A stretch of 17,800 nt of DNA, from NCBI GenBank assembly GCA_043820925.1, contig JBDRDL010000047.1:1-17800 (forward strand). The letters are read 5' to 3'. Positions 6,706 through 15,348 of the stretch are shown here, one piece after another. The position numbers were made by a program, and so were the translations under genes. The first letter of the stretch is position 1; each line of letters opens with the position of its first letter. The notes beneath the pieces are model-generated. The model was not told the origin of the DNA and ran no database searches. It worked only from the letters and a program-made list of their open reading frames with translations. Source of the stretch: Methanobacteriota archaeon (GTDB lineage Archaea; Hydrothermarchaeota; Hydrothermarchaeia; Hydrothermarchaeales; JACRDW01).

Positions 6706-7488
6706 TCACTCTGTTCGTCGTTCCTCGTGCCGAGACCCACCGCACTTAGTGATGTAGCTGAGAATCTCAGACTCATCGACTGGCATGTACTTCCTGAAAA
6801 ACTTGGTTATATTCGCAACATCACGCCTTAAAAATTCCTGCGCCATCGGATGCTCCTTTATAACTGCCTGCGAGAGGTCTATGAATACGGGTCGCTCGTC
6901 TTTAATCAAAATGTTATATTCGCTCAAATCGCTGTGCACCAAGTTGCCCTCGCAGTAAAGCTTTTTCATATACTCTACAATTTTCTTAAGCATTTTATTC
7001 GGATTTTTCAGCCAGCAGTTCTTCAGCATCGGCGAGGAAACTTCGTCCTCTCCAATGAACTCCATAATCAAAACATTATTTTTGTAAGCGATTGGCTTAG
7101 GCACAACAACGCCGCATTCTCCAGCTACCTTGAGATTCTTAAACTCTTTCTTCACCCAGGTATAAACGATGCTTCTCTTGCTCTTTTTGATTCCCCTGAA
7201 TCTGTAGTCGCCGTCTATGTATCGAATCATCGATTTATAATCGCTCGTAGTTATTCTGTGAATTTTAACCGCAAGTGGCTCACCTTTTTTTCCCTTTCCC
7301 AGAAATACATTAGACTCTTTCCCTGTTTTTATAACCCCGTATAGAAGGTCTATTGCGCCCTTGTTAGCAAGCTCGTAGAGCGTCAGCAGCGTTGACTTAT
7401 CAAAAACCTCGCTTGCGACTTTGAAATCTTCGACGCCTTTGATTTTTTTCCTAATCTCGTCAATTTCTGCATCAAGTCTTTCAATCAT
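6706..7488 (-). CDS. rio1: RIO1 family serine/threonine kinase
   Basis: TGKESNVF, AVKIH, KEFKNL, LVHSDLSEYNIL and FIDLSQ motifs. Confidence 0.95.
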   Translation of the reverse strand: MIERLDAEIDEIRKKIKGVEDFKVASEVFDKSTLLTLYELANKGAIDLLYGVIKTGKESNVFLGKGKKGEPLAVKIHRITTSDYKSMIRYIDGDYRFRGIKKSKRSIVYTWVKKEFKNLKVAGECGVVVPKPIAYKNNVLIMEFIGEDEVSSPMLKNCWLKNPNKMLKKIVEYMKKLYCEGNLVHSDLSEYNILIKDERPVFIDLSQAVIKEHPMAQEFLRRDVANITKFFRKYMPVDESEILSYITKCGGSRHEERRTE

Positions 7489-7778
7489 ATAACCCCTTGA
7501 CTTAGAAGCCTGTCAACCTGAGGTCTCGTATAGCGCCAGACAATATCTCCCTTCTCCCCACTCTGCACCGTCCAGGGCTTGACTATGACGACGTCTCCCT
7601 CCTTTATCCAGATTCTGCGCTTTATCTTTCCCGGAATCCTGCAAATCCTTATTTTGTTATCCTTGCAGTTGACTTTCATTCTGCTTGCACCCAGCATCTG
7701 CTCGACTATACCCAGAACTTCATCGTTTCTGGGCATTCTCAGCCTTCTTAGTTGGTCTTCCTCTTCCAGAAAAATCAC
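7485..7778 (-). CDS. eif1a: Translation initiation factor aIF-1A
   Basis: GIVEQMLGASRM, CRIPGKIKRRIWIKEGDVVIVKPW and KGDIVWRY; conserved aIF1A-rio1-KH order. Exact start uncertain. Confidence 0.95.
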   Translation of the reverse strand: MIFLEEEDQLRRLRMPRNDEVLGIVEQMLGASRMKVNCKDNKIRICRIPGKIKRRIWIKEGDVVIVKPWTVQSGEKGDIVWRYTRPQVDRLLSQGVI

Positions 7779-8756
7779 CTAATAACCTTTCTTCTTCAGA
7801 TGCTCTCTAACAGGCGCAAGAATCTCTGCAACGTATTTTGAAGCTGCATTCTTCAAATCCTGCGGGTGAACTGACCCTTTCTTGTAAGCATCTTCCATCT
7901 CCTGATAACTATTGAATATTATGTCTCCTCCAAATTTTTCCAGCCTTTCAATTTTGATTTCGCTGAACTTCCTGAATATATGGTACTCGTAAATCTCGAG
8001 TATTGGATTGCCTTCTACTTCGCCTAGAGGGCAGTACGCTTTTGTTAGCTTTCTTTCTATTTCCTCTTCGCTGTCATTGACAGAGATGAAGTTTCCCTTG
8101 CTTGAGGACATTTTCTCGTCCCCGTCCAGCCCACGAATTATTGGCAAGTGAATGCACACTGGCGCAGGGAAACCCAGCTTAGGTAAATTATCCCTCGCCA
8201 GCATATGAATCTTCCTCTGGTCTATGCCGCCTACCGCAACATCCACGCCAAGAGTAACCATGTCTATGACCTGCATCAAAGGATACATAACCCTCGCAAC
8301 TCTCGGGTCTTCCTCTTCTCTGCCTATCAAATCCATGCTTCTTCTTGCCCTGAGTAGAGTAGTTTCGAGAGCCAGTTTCTGAACATTCAGGAAGTAATCT
8401 TTTGTAAGCTGGATGTCAGAGCCCAAAATGAACTTTGTATTTTCTGGACTCATTCCCATTCCGATAAAGCACTCTTTGTTGAATTCTGCGGTATCCCTTA
8501 TCTCTTCCAGAGAGCCTTTCCTGTTCAGATAAGCATGAAGGTCTGCGAGCAAAACAACTATCTCAAAACCTGCTTTCTGCATTTCGATGAGCTTGCTAAC
8601 AGTAAGCATGTGTCCGAGGTGTATCTTGCCGCTCGGCTCGTAACCTACGTATGCCCTCGGTCTATCCTTCTCTGAAAGCAACTTCCTCAGTTCAGCCTTT
8701 GTAATAATCTCCTCAGCGTTGCTCTGCACCAAGGCAATTTTCTCTTCGATGTTCAT
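7779..8756 (-). CDS. tyrS: Tyrosine--tRNA ligase (archaeal type)
   Basis: AYVGYEPSGKIHLGH (HIGH), YPLMQVID, GGIDQRKIH, KMSSS and HPQDLK. Confidence 0.97.
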   Translation of the reverse strand: MNIEEKIALVQSNAEEIITKAELRKLLSEKDRPRAYVGYEPSGKIHLGHMLTVSKLIEMQKAGFEIVVLLADLHAYLNRKGSLEEIRDTAEFNKECFIGMGMSPENTKFILGSDIQLTKDYFLNVQKLALETTLLRARRSMDLIGREEEDPRVARVMYPLMQVIDMVTLGVDVAVGGIDQRKIHMLARDNLPKLGFPAPVCIHLPIIRGLDGDEKMSSSKGNFISVNDSEEEIERKLTKAYCPLGEVEGNPILEIYEYHIFRKFSEIKIERLEKFGGDIIFNSYQEMEDAYKKGSVHPQDLKNAASKYVAEILAPVREHLKKKGY

Positions 8757-8760
8757 CTTT

Positions 8761-9843
8761 TCACTCTCTGTTCGTTTTCAATAAATAATTTCTGAATATC
8801 TCAACTTCATCTTTAACTCTGAGGGGTATATTTGTCTTGAAATATAAGGTTTTATAGTCTCGCAGCTCTATAACTTGCACTCTGCCCGGGATAACTTCCG
8901 AAACCGTTGCCCTTACTACATCTTTCCTTCTGCCGAGGATTTTTGCTCTCTTTAAATTTTTTATAGGTATCGCCAGCCTTTTCCTGCTCTGCAGGTCAAA
9001 TGCGATTGCCTTCTCTTTAGCGAAACCAAGAAGCTGCAGCGGCTGAGTCTCGAACTCTATTATATCTCCCTCTTTAAGCCTTGGCAGCCTCAGTGCAATC
9101 GTAACTCTGTATAAATCTTTACCGTGCTCGTTTTTCCCAAACAATTTGGGCGATTCAGAAATCTCACCGCCGAACTTTTCCCTGAGTATTTCCGCAAGCT
9201 TTCTCGCCACTTTTGTCGAGCCTACGTGGAAGTCCATCCCCTCTTTCATTGTTTTAAAATCAGATAAGAAAGCCTTCCTGTCTTTCTGTGCAAGGAAGGA
9301 AATCGACCTATCCACAAGAGCTTGAATTTCCTTCCTCTCCGCCCTGCCGAGCGCATCCTCGCTTCTTATCTGAAGGATGCTTTCATAGTAGCCGCCGATT
9401 TGCCTGGAGCAGTTGTCGCACAGCTCCAGCCTGGCTCTGACCTCGACATTTTTCTCAGAGCGATATTCTGCTCCGAATATCTCGCCTTCCACCTTAACTG
9501 AGCACGAAACGAGATATACTGTCTCTGAGGATTTTTTTATATCCTGCAAGCTAATTTTTGCACTTGCGTCTTTCACTAACTTCATTGAATTTTCTATTGC
9601 GCTAAAAGAAGCTTCTTGCAGGACTTCTTCCAAATCTCCGCTAACATAGCTCCAGCGATTTTTTTTAAAATAACTCAAGCAGTTCTTGCAGAGCTTAACC
9701 TCAAGCGATTCAGGCAATTTCACAAGCTCTTTTTCTCTCAGGAAGCAGTCCTTGCACTTGCTCTCAATGAGCACTTCACCGGTCTTGCCGCACACTGAGC
9801 AAAAGTTGCGCTTGCTACGCTCCACTAGACTTGTAATCTTCAT
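8761..9843 (-). CDS. nmd3: NMD3 family large-subunit biogenesis protein
   Basis: N-terminal CxxC pairs (CSVC, CKDC, CKNC), CDNCSRQIGGYYESILQIR and SPKLFG. Confidence 0.92.
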   Translation of the reverse strand: MKITSLVERSKRNFCSVCGKTGEVLIESKCKDCFLREKELVKLPESLEVKLCKNCLSYFKKNRWSYVSGDLEEVLQEASFSAIENSMKLVKDASAKISLQDIKKSSETVYLVSCSVKVEGEIFGAEYRSEKNVEVRARLELCDNCSRQIGGYYESILQIRSEDALGRAERKEIQALVDRSISFLAQKDRKAFLSDFKTMKEGMDFHVGSTKVARKLAEILREKFGGEISESPKLFGKNEHGKDLYRVTIALRLPRLKEGDIIEFETQPLQLLGFAKEKAIAFDLQSRKRLAIPIKNLKRAKILGRRKDVVRATVSEVIPGRVQVIELRDYKTLYFKTNIPLRVKDEVEIFRNYLLKTNRE

Positions 9844-9861
9844 AGCTTATCCATGCCAACT

Positions 9862-10158
9862 TTACATCCTCGCCATCTGGGCATGAGGCACGCCCTTCAC
9901 CCTGAGCACGTTTTGAGGCTCGATTATTCCTATTTTTATCGCATGCGCAACTATTTTTTCTCCAACGAGGTTTGCAATCGTAGCTCTTGCAAGCAGCGAA
10001 GATATTTCATCTTCGCCCACAAGTTCCTCGCCATAAAATTCCTTCTTCACGTGCAGTAATAAATTCCCCTCCTCGAAGCTCTTGCCGCGCACGTTTTTAT
10101 CGCAAGCCGCAACCACGACCTCGCTCTGCGCCCTGTAAACCCTGGCGTAAAACTGCAT
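9862..10158 (-). CDS. DUF424 family protein
   Basis: VVVAACD, EFYG, ATIANLVG and GVPHAQ motifs. Confidence 0.9.
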   Translation of the reverse strand: MQFYARVYRAQSEVVVAACDKNVRGKSFEEGNLLLHVKKEFYGEELVGEDEISSLLARATIANLVGEKIVAHAIKIGIIEPQNVLRVKGVPHAQMARM

Positions 10159-10267
10159 TTGATTCGCTCCACGCTATCCAGCAAGAGCGACGAGGGCAAG
10201 GAAAGTTGGAATACTGACGAGGTGATAAGAAAGAGGGCGGGGTGGGGGTGGTAGGTAAGGTGTAACT

Positions 10268-10495
10268 TCACAACAGCTCGCAAAACTGCTCGACCGTAAG
10301 CCCTGCGTCTCTGATTAAATCTCTCAACAAACCTCTTTTTACAGGTCTGTTTTTATGTACAGGAATAGAAAGAGTAACCACCGAGTTCTCTTTGACCATA
10401 ATAACATGGCTGCCCCTCTGCCTCGCAACACTCCAGCCAACCTTAGAAAAAGCTTTAATCACCTTATCCCCAGTGACCACTGGTAGCTTGGGCAT
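10268..10495 (-). CDS. hicA: HicA family toxin (mRNA interferase)
   Basis: MPKLPVVTG, GWSVARQRGSHVIM, IPVH and IRDAGLTVEQF. Confidence 0.93.
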   Translation of the reverse strand: MPKLPVVTGDKVIKAFSKVGWSVARQRGSHVIMVKENSVVTLSIPVHKNRPVKRGLLRDLIRDAGLTVEQFCELL

Positions 10496-10701
10496 TAAAC
10501 CACAACTTCCTCGACCTTCTCATACTTGCTGGCTTTTGCCCGCTCGTTAAGAACTTCAAGGCAGCCCTCGATAGCCTCTTTAATATTTTCCAGCGCTTCC
10601 TCTATCGTATCGCCTTGAGAATGGCACCCTGGCAGCGCTGGGCAACTTACAACGTAGCCCCCATCCTCTTTATCTTCCCTTATAACAACTTTGAACTTCA
10701 T
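10495..10701 (-). CDS. hicB: HicB family antitoxin (short UPF0150 type, no DNA-binding domain)
   Basis: DGGYVVSCPALPGCHSQGDTIEEALENIKEAI; stop overlaps the hicA start by 1 nt (TAATG). Confidence 0.93.
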   Translation of the reverse strand: MKFKVVIREDKEDGGYVVSCPALPGCHSQGDTIEEALENIKEAIEGCLEVLNERAKASKYEKVEEVVV

Positions 10702-10733
10702 GCTTGTACCTACTAGAATAGGAATTATTAACG

Positions 10734-10748
10734 TATTTAAACCTTCTC
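10734..10748 (-). promoter_or_regulatory. BRE/TATA promoter of hicBA
   Basis: Minus strand GAGAAGG-TTTAAATA, about 33-40 nt upstream of the hicB ATG. Confidence 0.5.
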
Positions 10749-10815
10749 TGTTTTGTCTGCTTAATGCAGCGGCTTTCGCATCACGAAGAGATACTTGAAG
10801 CCGCGGAGGTAGAAG

Positions 10816-11043
10816 TTATATAATCTCGAAATTACCTACGCCCCACGCACGGCATTTGGGACAGCCCACAGGTTCGCCGATTTCAGCTTCGCTGCCGCCA
10901 GTTTTGTTTTCGACCCATTTCGGATAGCTTCTGACGTACTCAGGCTCTTCTTCGTTTGAGGCGACGCAGTATGCGTAGTCGTTGAACTGGAAGATGAGCT
11001 TGTCGCCATCGTAGCCGCATTTGAGGCATTTGTATTTGGTCAT
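10816..11043 (-). CDS. Small zinc-ribbon protein
   Basis: CLKC near the N-terminus and CPKC near the C-terminus. Start is ATG 11043 or GTG 11052. Confidence 0.7.
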   Translation of the reverse strand: MTKYKCLKCGYDGDKLIFQFNDYAYCVASNEEEPEYVRSYPKWVENKTGGSEAEIGEPVGCPKCRAWGVGNFEII

Positions 11044-11055
11044 GATTACCACTTT

Positions 11056-12114
11056 TCATTCTTCAGGTCTTAATGAATCAACAATCTTAATTCCTTTGTG
11101 AAGCTGCAGCATTAAAATGAACCTAAAGCCCGCCGGGGTTAGCAACAACTTATTGCCTACCTTTGCGATTAATCCCAATTCAACGGCAAAGTTTGTAAAA
11201 GCGTTAGTTCCAAGAAAAGCCGATCTTTTAGTTTTCCATTCAAATCTCTTACCAACAGAATTTTTAAAGTACTCAAGCATGTCATTAATTTCAACTGGAT
11301 ATGAATTTCGTGCCAAAATAAATATAGTTTCAACTAAACTGTATATTCCAAAAATAATATTTGACGCAAATGGGTCTTTTACAATGATATTTCTCAATAA
11401 TTTAATTTGATTATATGAAAGCATATTTTCTGAAATTGATGGGTCTCTAAGTTTTACATATTTTTGTCCTAAGTCGGTCAGTAAATATTTATCATCAAAT
11501 TTATTAACTAAAAGAAGCTGTTCAGCAAATCTAAGATGATTTCTTATTGTGTTCTTCGAAATTTTTAGAACACCGAAGAGCTGATCTACTGTACTATATT
11601 GTGGAAGTGCATATAGTACTCGATTTATGAGATGAATATTCCAAACGCCATAGTCCATTGGTCGGATTGTAAGGAAATTAGAAATACTCGCCATTTTACT
11701 ATAAAATCTCTCCAAAACTTTTTCTGGAGAATATTGTTTTAAGAATACTCCTTTTTTGTTGCATTCCCCTAAATCAGACGGTCTAAACTGCGGGACAAGT
11801 AATATTGGATCTATTTCCCCCGCAATAAGTTTCCCATTGTTTTGTAGTTCTATCAAATCTTTCTTATATCCTAAAATCTGATCTGTAAACTCCAATTTGA
11901 AAGGCTCAATTTTTAATTCGATTAAGAATATTTTCTTACGTGCCAACGCTAGAATATCTAAACGTCCTGAAGGGACTTCCATTTGTCTGGCAATTATACT
12001 TAATTCAAATTTTAAGTCCAGAATGTCCGTTAAAATTTGGGGATATGTTGCAAGCGCATCTTCTATTTCAGTTTCGTGGACTGATATTTCATCTGTTTTT
12101 CGTCTCACTGCCAT
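11056..12114 (-). CDS. NucS/EndoMS-like PD-(D/E)XK endonuclease domain fused to two winged-helix-like domains
   Basis: N-terminus: HETEIED, RQMEVPSGRLDILA, LIELK, DQILGY. C-terminus: NTIRNHLRFAEQLLLV...YLLTDLG and NFAVELGLIAKVGNKLLLTPAG (wH wing signatures). Confidence 0.75.
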   Translation of the reverse strand: MAVRRKTDEISVHETEIEDALATYPQILTDILDLKFELSIIARQMEVPSGRLDILALARKKIFLIELKIEPFKLEFTDQILGYKKDLIELQNNGKLIAGEIDPILLVPQFRPSDLGECNKKGVFLKQYSPEKVLERFYSKMASISNFLTIRPMDYGVWNIHLINRVLYALPQYSTVDQLFGVLKISKNTIRNHLRFAEQLLLVNKFDDKYLLTDLGQKYVKLRDPSISENMLSYNQIKLLRNIIVKDPFASNIIFGIYSLVETIFILARNSYPVEINDMLEYFKNSVGKRFEWKTKRSAFLGTNAFTNFAVELGLIAKVGNKLLLTPAGFRFILMLQLHKGIKIVDSLRPEE

Positions 12115-12184
12115 TCGCTTAGCGGACCCCCTTTGCGTTTTTATAGCGATACAACAAATGCTAGGTTCTATTAACTTTTTATTT

Positions 12185-12424
12185 TTATGAGTTATAATAC
12201 TCTGACATTACTCGATTATATGCTTCTGTATGCAATCTCTCGGTTTCTAGATCTTTACATTTTTTGGCCCATTCAGCTTCTGCCAAGTGGACTTGGGCAT
12301 AAAGCAGCAATGTTCTTCTTTTAACTATTTCTGGCGGATATGGCTTATTTGTTTTAGGCCTATTCTCAAAAAGTTCAAAATTTAATTTTTTCCATTCTTG
12401 TCCAAAAATTATTTTTCTCACCAT
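12185..12424 (-). CDS. Hypothetical protein (about 79 aa)
   Basis: AT-rich ORF with ATG at 12424, 1 nt after the RPA-like gene stop; no recognised motif. Confidence 0.6.
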   Translation of the reverse strand: MVRKIIFGQEWKKLNFELFENRPKTNKPYPPEIVKRRTLLLYAQVHLAEAEWAKKCKDLETERLHTEAYNRVMSEYYNS

Positions 12425-12425
12425 A

Positions 12426-13115
12426 TCAAACCCTCTTAAACCTGCCAATCTTTGGCTCGTAAACTTCGCCGTCGCCCATGAGCTCGTTTAAAACACTTTC
12501 TAATTTTTCTTCTTCCAGTCCGCTCTCGCTCAGCAGCGTAACGTATTTTACTCCCTCGCCCTCGTCCATTTTTTCTATCAAATTCAGTGTCACTAACTTC
12601 GGGTCTTCGCTCACAGTCTCTTCCACAACTTCTTCTGCAGGTGTGCTTGCTGGCTGCTCCGCAACTTTTGCTTCTGTCTCCACAGCGCCGACTTTTCTTT
12701 CCTCGAGCCTGCTCTCCTTCAGCAGCAGCTCCAGCTTTCTGACAAGCTCCCAGTTCGGGTCCTCGATTTTTCTTATAGACTCTGGAGCTATGTACTTCTC
12801 TTCGTTGTACTCCTTAATTTTCCCGACAACGTCAACGATGTCGCCAGGCTTGATGTCTCGAAGCAGCTCGATGTCATCCCTGAAGGCACGAACAGTTATC
12901 GTATCGCTGGCATCGTCCAGAGTCAGCGAGGCATATTTTCCGTCCTCACTGACAAACCTCGAAACTACTGTACCCATGACCCTGACTCTGGAAATCTTCT
13001 CGTTCAGGGGGGTAACGATGAGGTTAGGCTCGAACCGCTGCTCTGCTTTGATGAATTTCCCATCCACCACGTCTTTAATGCAAATTTTTGAAGCAGTGCC
13101 TCTCTCGATCGCCAT
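12426..13115 (-). CDS. RPA32-like OB-fold ssDNA-binding protein with C-terminal winged helix
   Basis: ISRVRVMGTVV, LTLDDASDTITVRAF, GDIVDVVGKIKEY, acidic linker and LMGDGEVYEPKIG; abuts mcm. Confidence 0.85.
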   Translation of the reverse strand: MAIERGTASKICIKDVVDGKFIKAEQRFEPNLIVTPLNEKISRVRVMGTVVSRFVSEDGKYASLTLDDASDTITVRAFRDDIELLRDIKPGDIVDVVGKIKEYNEEKYIAPESIRKIEDPNWELVRKLELLLKESRLEERKVGAVETEAKVAEQPASTPAEEVVEETVSEDPKLVTLNLIEKMDEGEGVKYVTLLSESGLEEEKLESVLNELMGDGEVYEPKIGRFKRV

Positions 13116-15152
13116 CTAAACCACTTTGTATCTTTCATCCCTCTTCGGGTCGTATATGTGCCCGTCCAACCTGAGCTTCTCAATCGCCTTCTCTGCTTCT
13201 CTCTCAGGAATTCCCTCGGTAACTGCCCGCTCTATTATCTCTGACTTTTTGGCAGTGCCGTATTCCTTCTCCAGTTCCTTTATAACGTCCAGCACGTGCG
13301 TTAGTCTATCTCTCTGCGTTTTCGTGACGCCAACCATGATTTTGTCGATGTCTACCCTGCCCGTCTCCATGTCAATGCCTGCCTGCTTCAGAGATACTTT
13401 AACGAGCCTTATTGCACGTTCAACGTCCTCGAGTGTAGTTTCACTGCTCAGCCTTACACGGGAGGCAGCCCTTGCTATTCTTATGATTGCCCACAGCTGC
13501 CGAGCAGTCATTGGTATCGGAACGTCCTCTGCCTCCCTGGCAACTTCTCTCATCTCAACATAAAACTGCTCTATCCTGTTCCTCGCATCCTCAGTAAGCA
13601 CCGGAAGAACGCTCTGCCTTGCATATGCGACGTATTTTCTCAAAAGCTCTGGCTCGATTTTGGGAGTAATTGATGTTGGAGAGACTACGGTATTGAGTAT
13701 GTGCTTCGCTACCTCTCTCGTCTCCTCAACAATGTCACGGACAAAAAAAATCATGTCAAATCTCGAAAGTATCGCTGGAGGCAGATTCACCTGCTCTGAG
13801 ATTGCTCTGTACGCGTCGAACCTGCCGTACTTCGGGTTTGCGGCAGCCAGAATAGAGCACCTCGCTCTGAATGTTGCGAGCATCCCTGCTTTTGCGATGC
13901 TCACAGACTGCTGTTCCATCGCCTCATGCATCGCCCCTCTATCATTGGCCTCCATTTTTTCGAATTCGTCGATGCACGCAACTCCCTTATCAGCCAGCAC
14001 GAGCGCACCTGCTTCTAGAGTCCATCCTCCGTCCCCGAACTCGTCTTTTATAGCAGCGGCAGTTAAGCCAGCGGCAGAAGTTCCCCTTCCGCTCGCATAG
14101 ACGCCCCTGGGTGCAAGCTCTTTGGCAACGTACTGCAAAATTTCGCTCTTGCCCGTCGCTGGCTCACCCATAATTATTATGTGAGAATCTCCTCGAATTC
14201 TTCCTCCGTCAGGCAGCTCAAGCGCAGGCGAGGAAAAGAGCTGGTACATTATCGCCTCCTTTATGTCGCTATAGCCGTAGATGTGCGGGGCTATGCTGTC
14301 TCGAATTTTCTCATATATCAGAGGGTCTTTTGACAGCTCTGTAATTTTTTTCTCATCTTCCTTCGTTATCTGCACTTCCTCGAAATCAAACTCGATGTGT
14401 TTAAATGAATTCGCCTCGAGGAATATTTCAAAAACCCTCGACTGCTTCTCTTTGAATCTCTTCCGTACAGCCCTCAGAGCGCCGATAACTTCGATTCTGT
14501 CGCCTGGAGTGATTTTTCCAGTCAAGTCGTCCTCCAGAAAAATGCTGAGCTGCTTTGGATGCTCGCCACCCCGCAAATCCTCCAGAGATTCCTGAATCAA
14601 AATTTTTTGAGCATCCACGAAAGTGGACTCCTGAATCAAAAGCTTGAAAGGACCTCTTCTCTCACAGCTCTCGCACAGAAAAGGCTCCTTCAATTTGCTT
14701 CTGTCCTGGCTTATGTGCATCACGCTGCCGCAGCGCTCGCATTCGAAAGCGCCAATGACAAGCTTCGGTCTGACGTCTGTGCTCTTTCTGACGATTCCCT
14801 CGACTGCAAGAAATTTCCCAACGTCCTCGCTCCTTATATCCCGAATTAGAAGCCTATAAGTAGCAGGCAAATTTTCAAATCGAACGTGTATATTTATAGG
14901 AGTATCGACAGGCAGGTCGATGTTCTTCAACGCTTTCTCGGCGGCAAGTATCGTGGCATCCGGGTTGCGCACCAACTCTTCTGCGAGAGTTATGTCGTAT
15001 TTGTCAAGGTCATCGAAATTCACGACAAGACTCTTCTCTTCAGGATAGCCGTGCACGACTCTTAAAATCTCTCTGTTGTAGTACGTTCTGAAGAATTTTT
15101 CAAACTTCGCTGCTGCATCGCTGACCTCTAAATCCTGTGCACCTGCTTCCAT
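13116..15152 (-). CDS. mcm: Replicative DNA helicase MCM (no intein)
   Basis: Zn finger CERC/CESC, SIAPHIYG, GEPATGKS, SAAGLTAA, LEAGALVLAD, IDEFEKM, HEAMEQQ, AAANP, SRFD, TARQL and a C-terminal wH. Confidence 0.98.
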   Translation of the reverse strand: MEAGAQDLEVSDAAAKFEKFFRTYYNREILRVVHGYPEEKSLVVNFDDLDKYDITLAEELVRNPDATILAAEKALKNIDLPVDTPINIHVRFENLPATYRLLIRDIRSEDVGKFLAVEGIVRKSTDVRPKLVIGAFECERCGSVMHISQDRSKLKEPFLCESCERRGPFKLLIQESTFVDAQKILIQESLEDLRGGEHPKQLSIFLEDDLTGKITPGDRIEVIGALRAVRKRFKEKQSRVFEIFLEANSFKHIEFDFEEVQITKEDEKKITELSKDPLIYEKIRDSIAPHIYGYSDIKEAIMYQLFSSPALELPDGGRIRGDSHIIIMGEPATGKSEILQYVAKELAPRGVYASGRGTSAAGLTAAAIKDEFGDGGWTLEAGALVLADKGVACIDEFEKMEANDRGAMHEAMEQQSVSIAKAGMLATFRARCSILAAANPKYGRFDAYRAISEQVNLPPAILSRFDMIFFVRDIVEETREVAKHILNTVVSPTSITPKIEPELLRKYVAYARQSVLPVLTEDARNRIEQFYVEMREVAREAEDVPIPMTARQLWAIIRIARAASRVRLSSETTLEDVERAIRLVKVSLKQAGIDMETGRVDIDKIMVGVTKTQRDRLTHVLDVIKELEKEYGTAKKSEIIERAVTEGIPEREAEKAIEKLRLDGHIYDPKRDERYKVV

Positions 15153-15265
15153 TTTTTTACCACGCTCATTTTATTCAACGCCCATATAATTCACTTTTCA
15201 TTTGACTTCAGGATAGATACGCTTCAATTGGACAACGCTATTTCACCAGCACGGCATTCACCTGC

Positions 15266-15288
15266 TGCACAGTAGAAATAAAAGGGGG
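15266..15288 (+). other. ORB-like (Orc1/Cdc6 origin recognition box) element with G-string
   Basis: TGCACAGTAGAAATAAAAGGGGG resembles the archaeal ORB pattern TCCA-N3-GAAA-N-GGGG; lies in the tatD-mcm intergenic region. Confidence 0.45.
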
Positions 15289-15348
15289 CTGATATTTCTT
15301 TTTAATCCGAGAGCACAGGAAAAGTATTCACCCGCTGTTCTTCTGGAA

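Noticed and set aside
7367..7378. 12-nt match (GCAAGCTCGTAG) between spacer 14 and rio1 suggesting self-targeting
   Set aside because: About one 12-mer match is expected by chance for 18 spacers against both strands of 17.8 kb, and the flanks do not match. No full-length self-target was noticed in the window.
10769..10818. Hairpin GCGGCTT...AAGCCGC after a TAAC stop as an integron attC site
   Set aside because: No complementary GTTRRRY core at a suitable position, no similar sites after the other island genes, and no integrase.
12478..14859. Long + strand ORFs antisense to RPA/mcm, and similar shadow ORFs elsewhere (e.g. 3173-3694, 5681-6097, 6850-7344, 17241-17699)
   Set aside because: Shadow frames of well-supported genes with no recognisable motifs.
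13116..15152. Intein in MCM
   Set aside because: 678 aa is the normal length and the Walker A region is uninterrupted.
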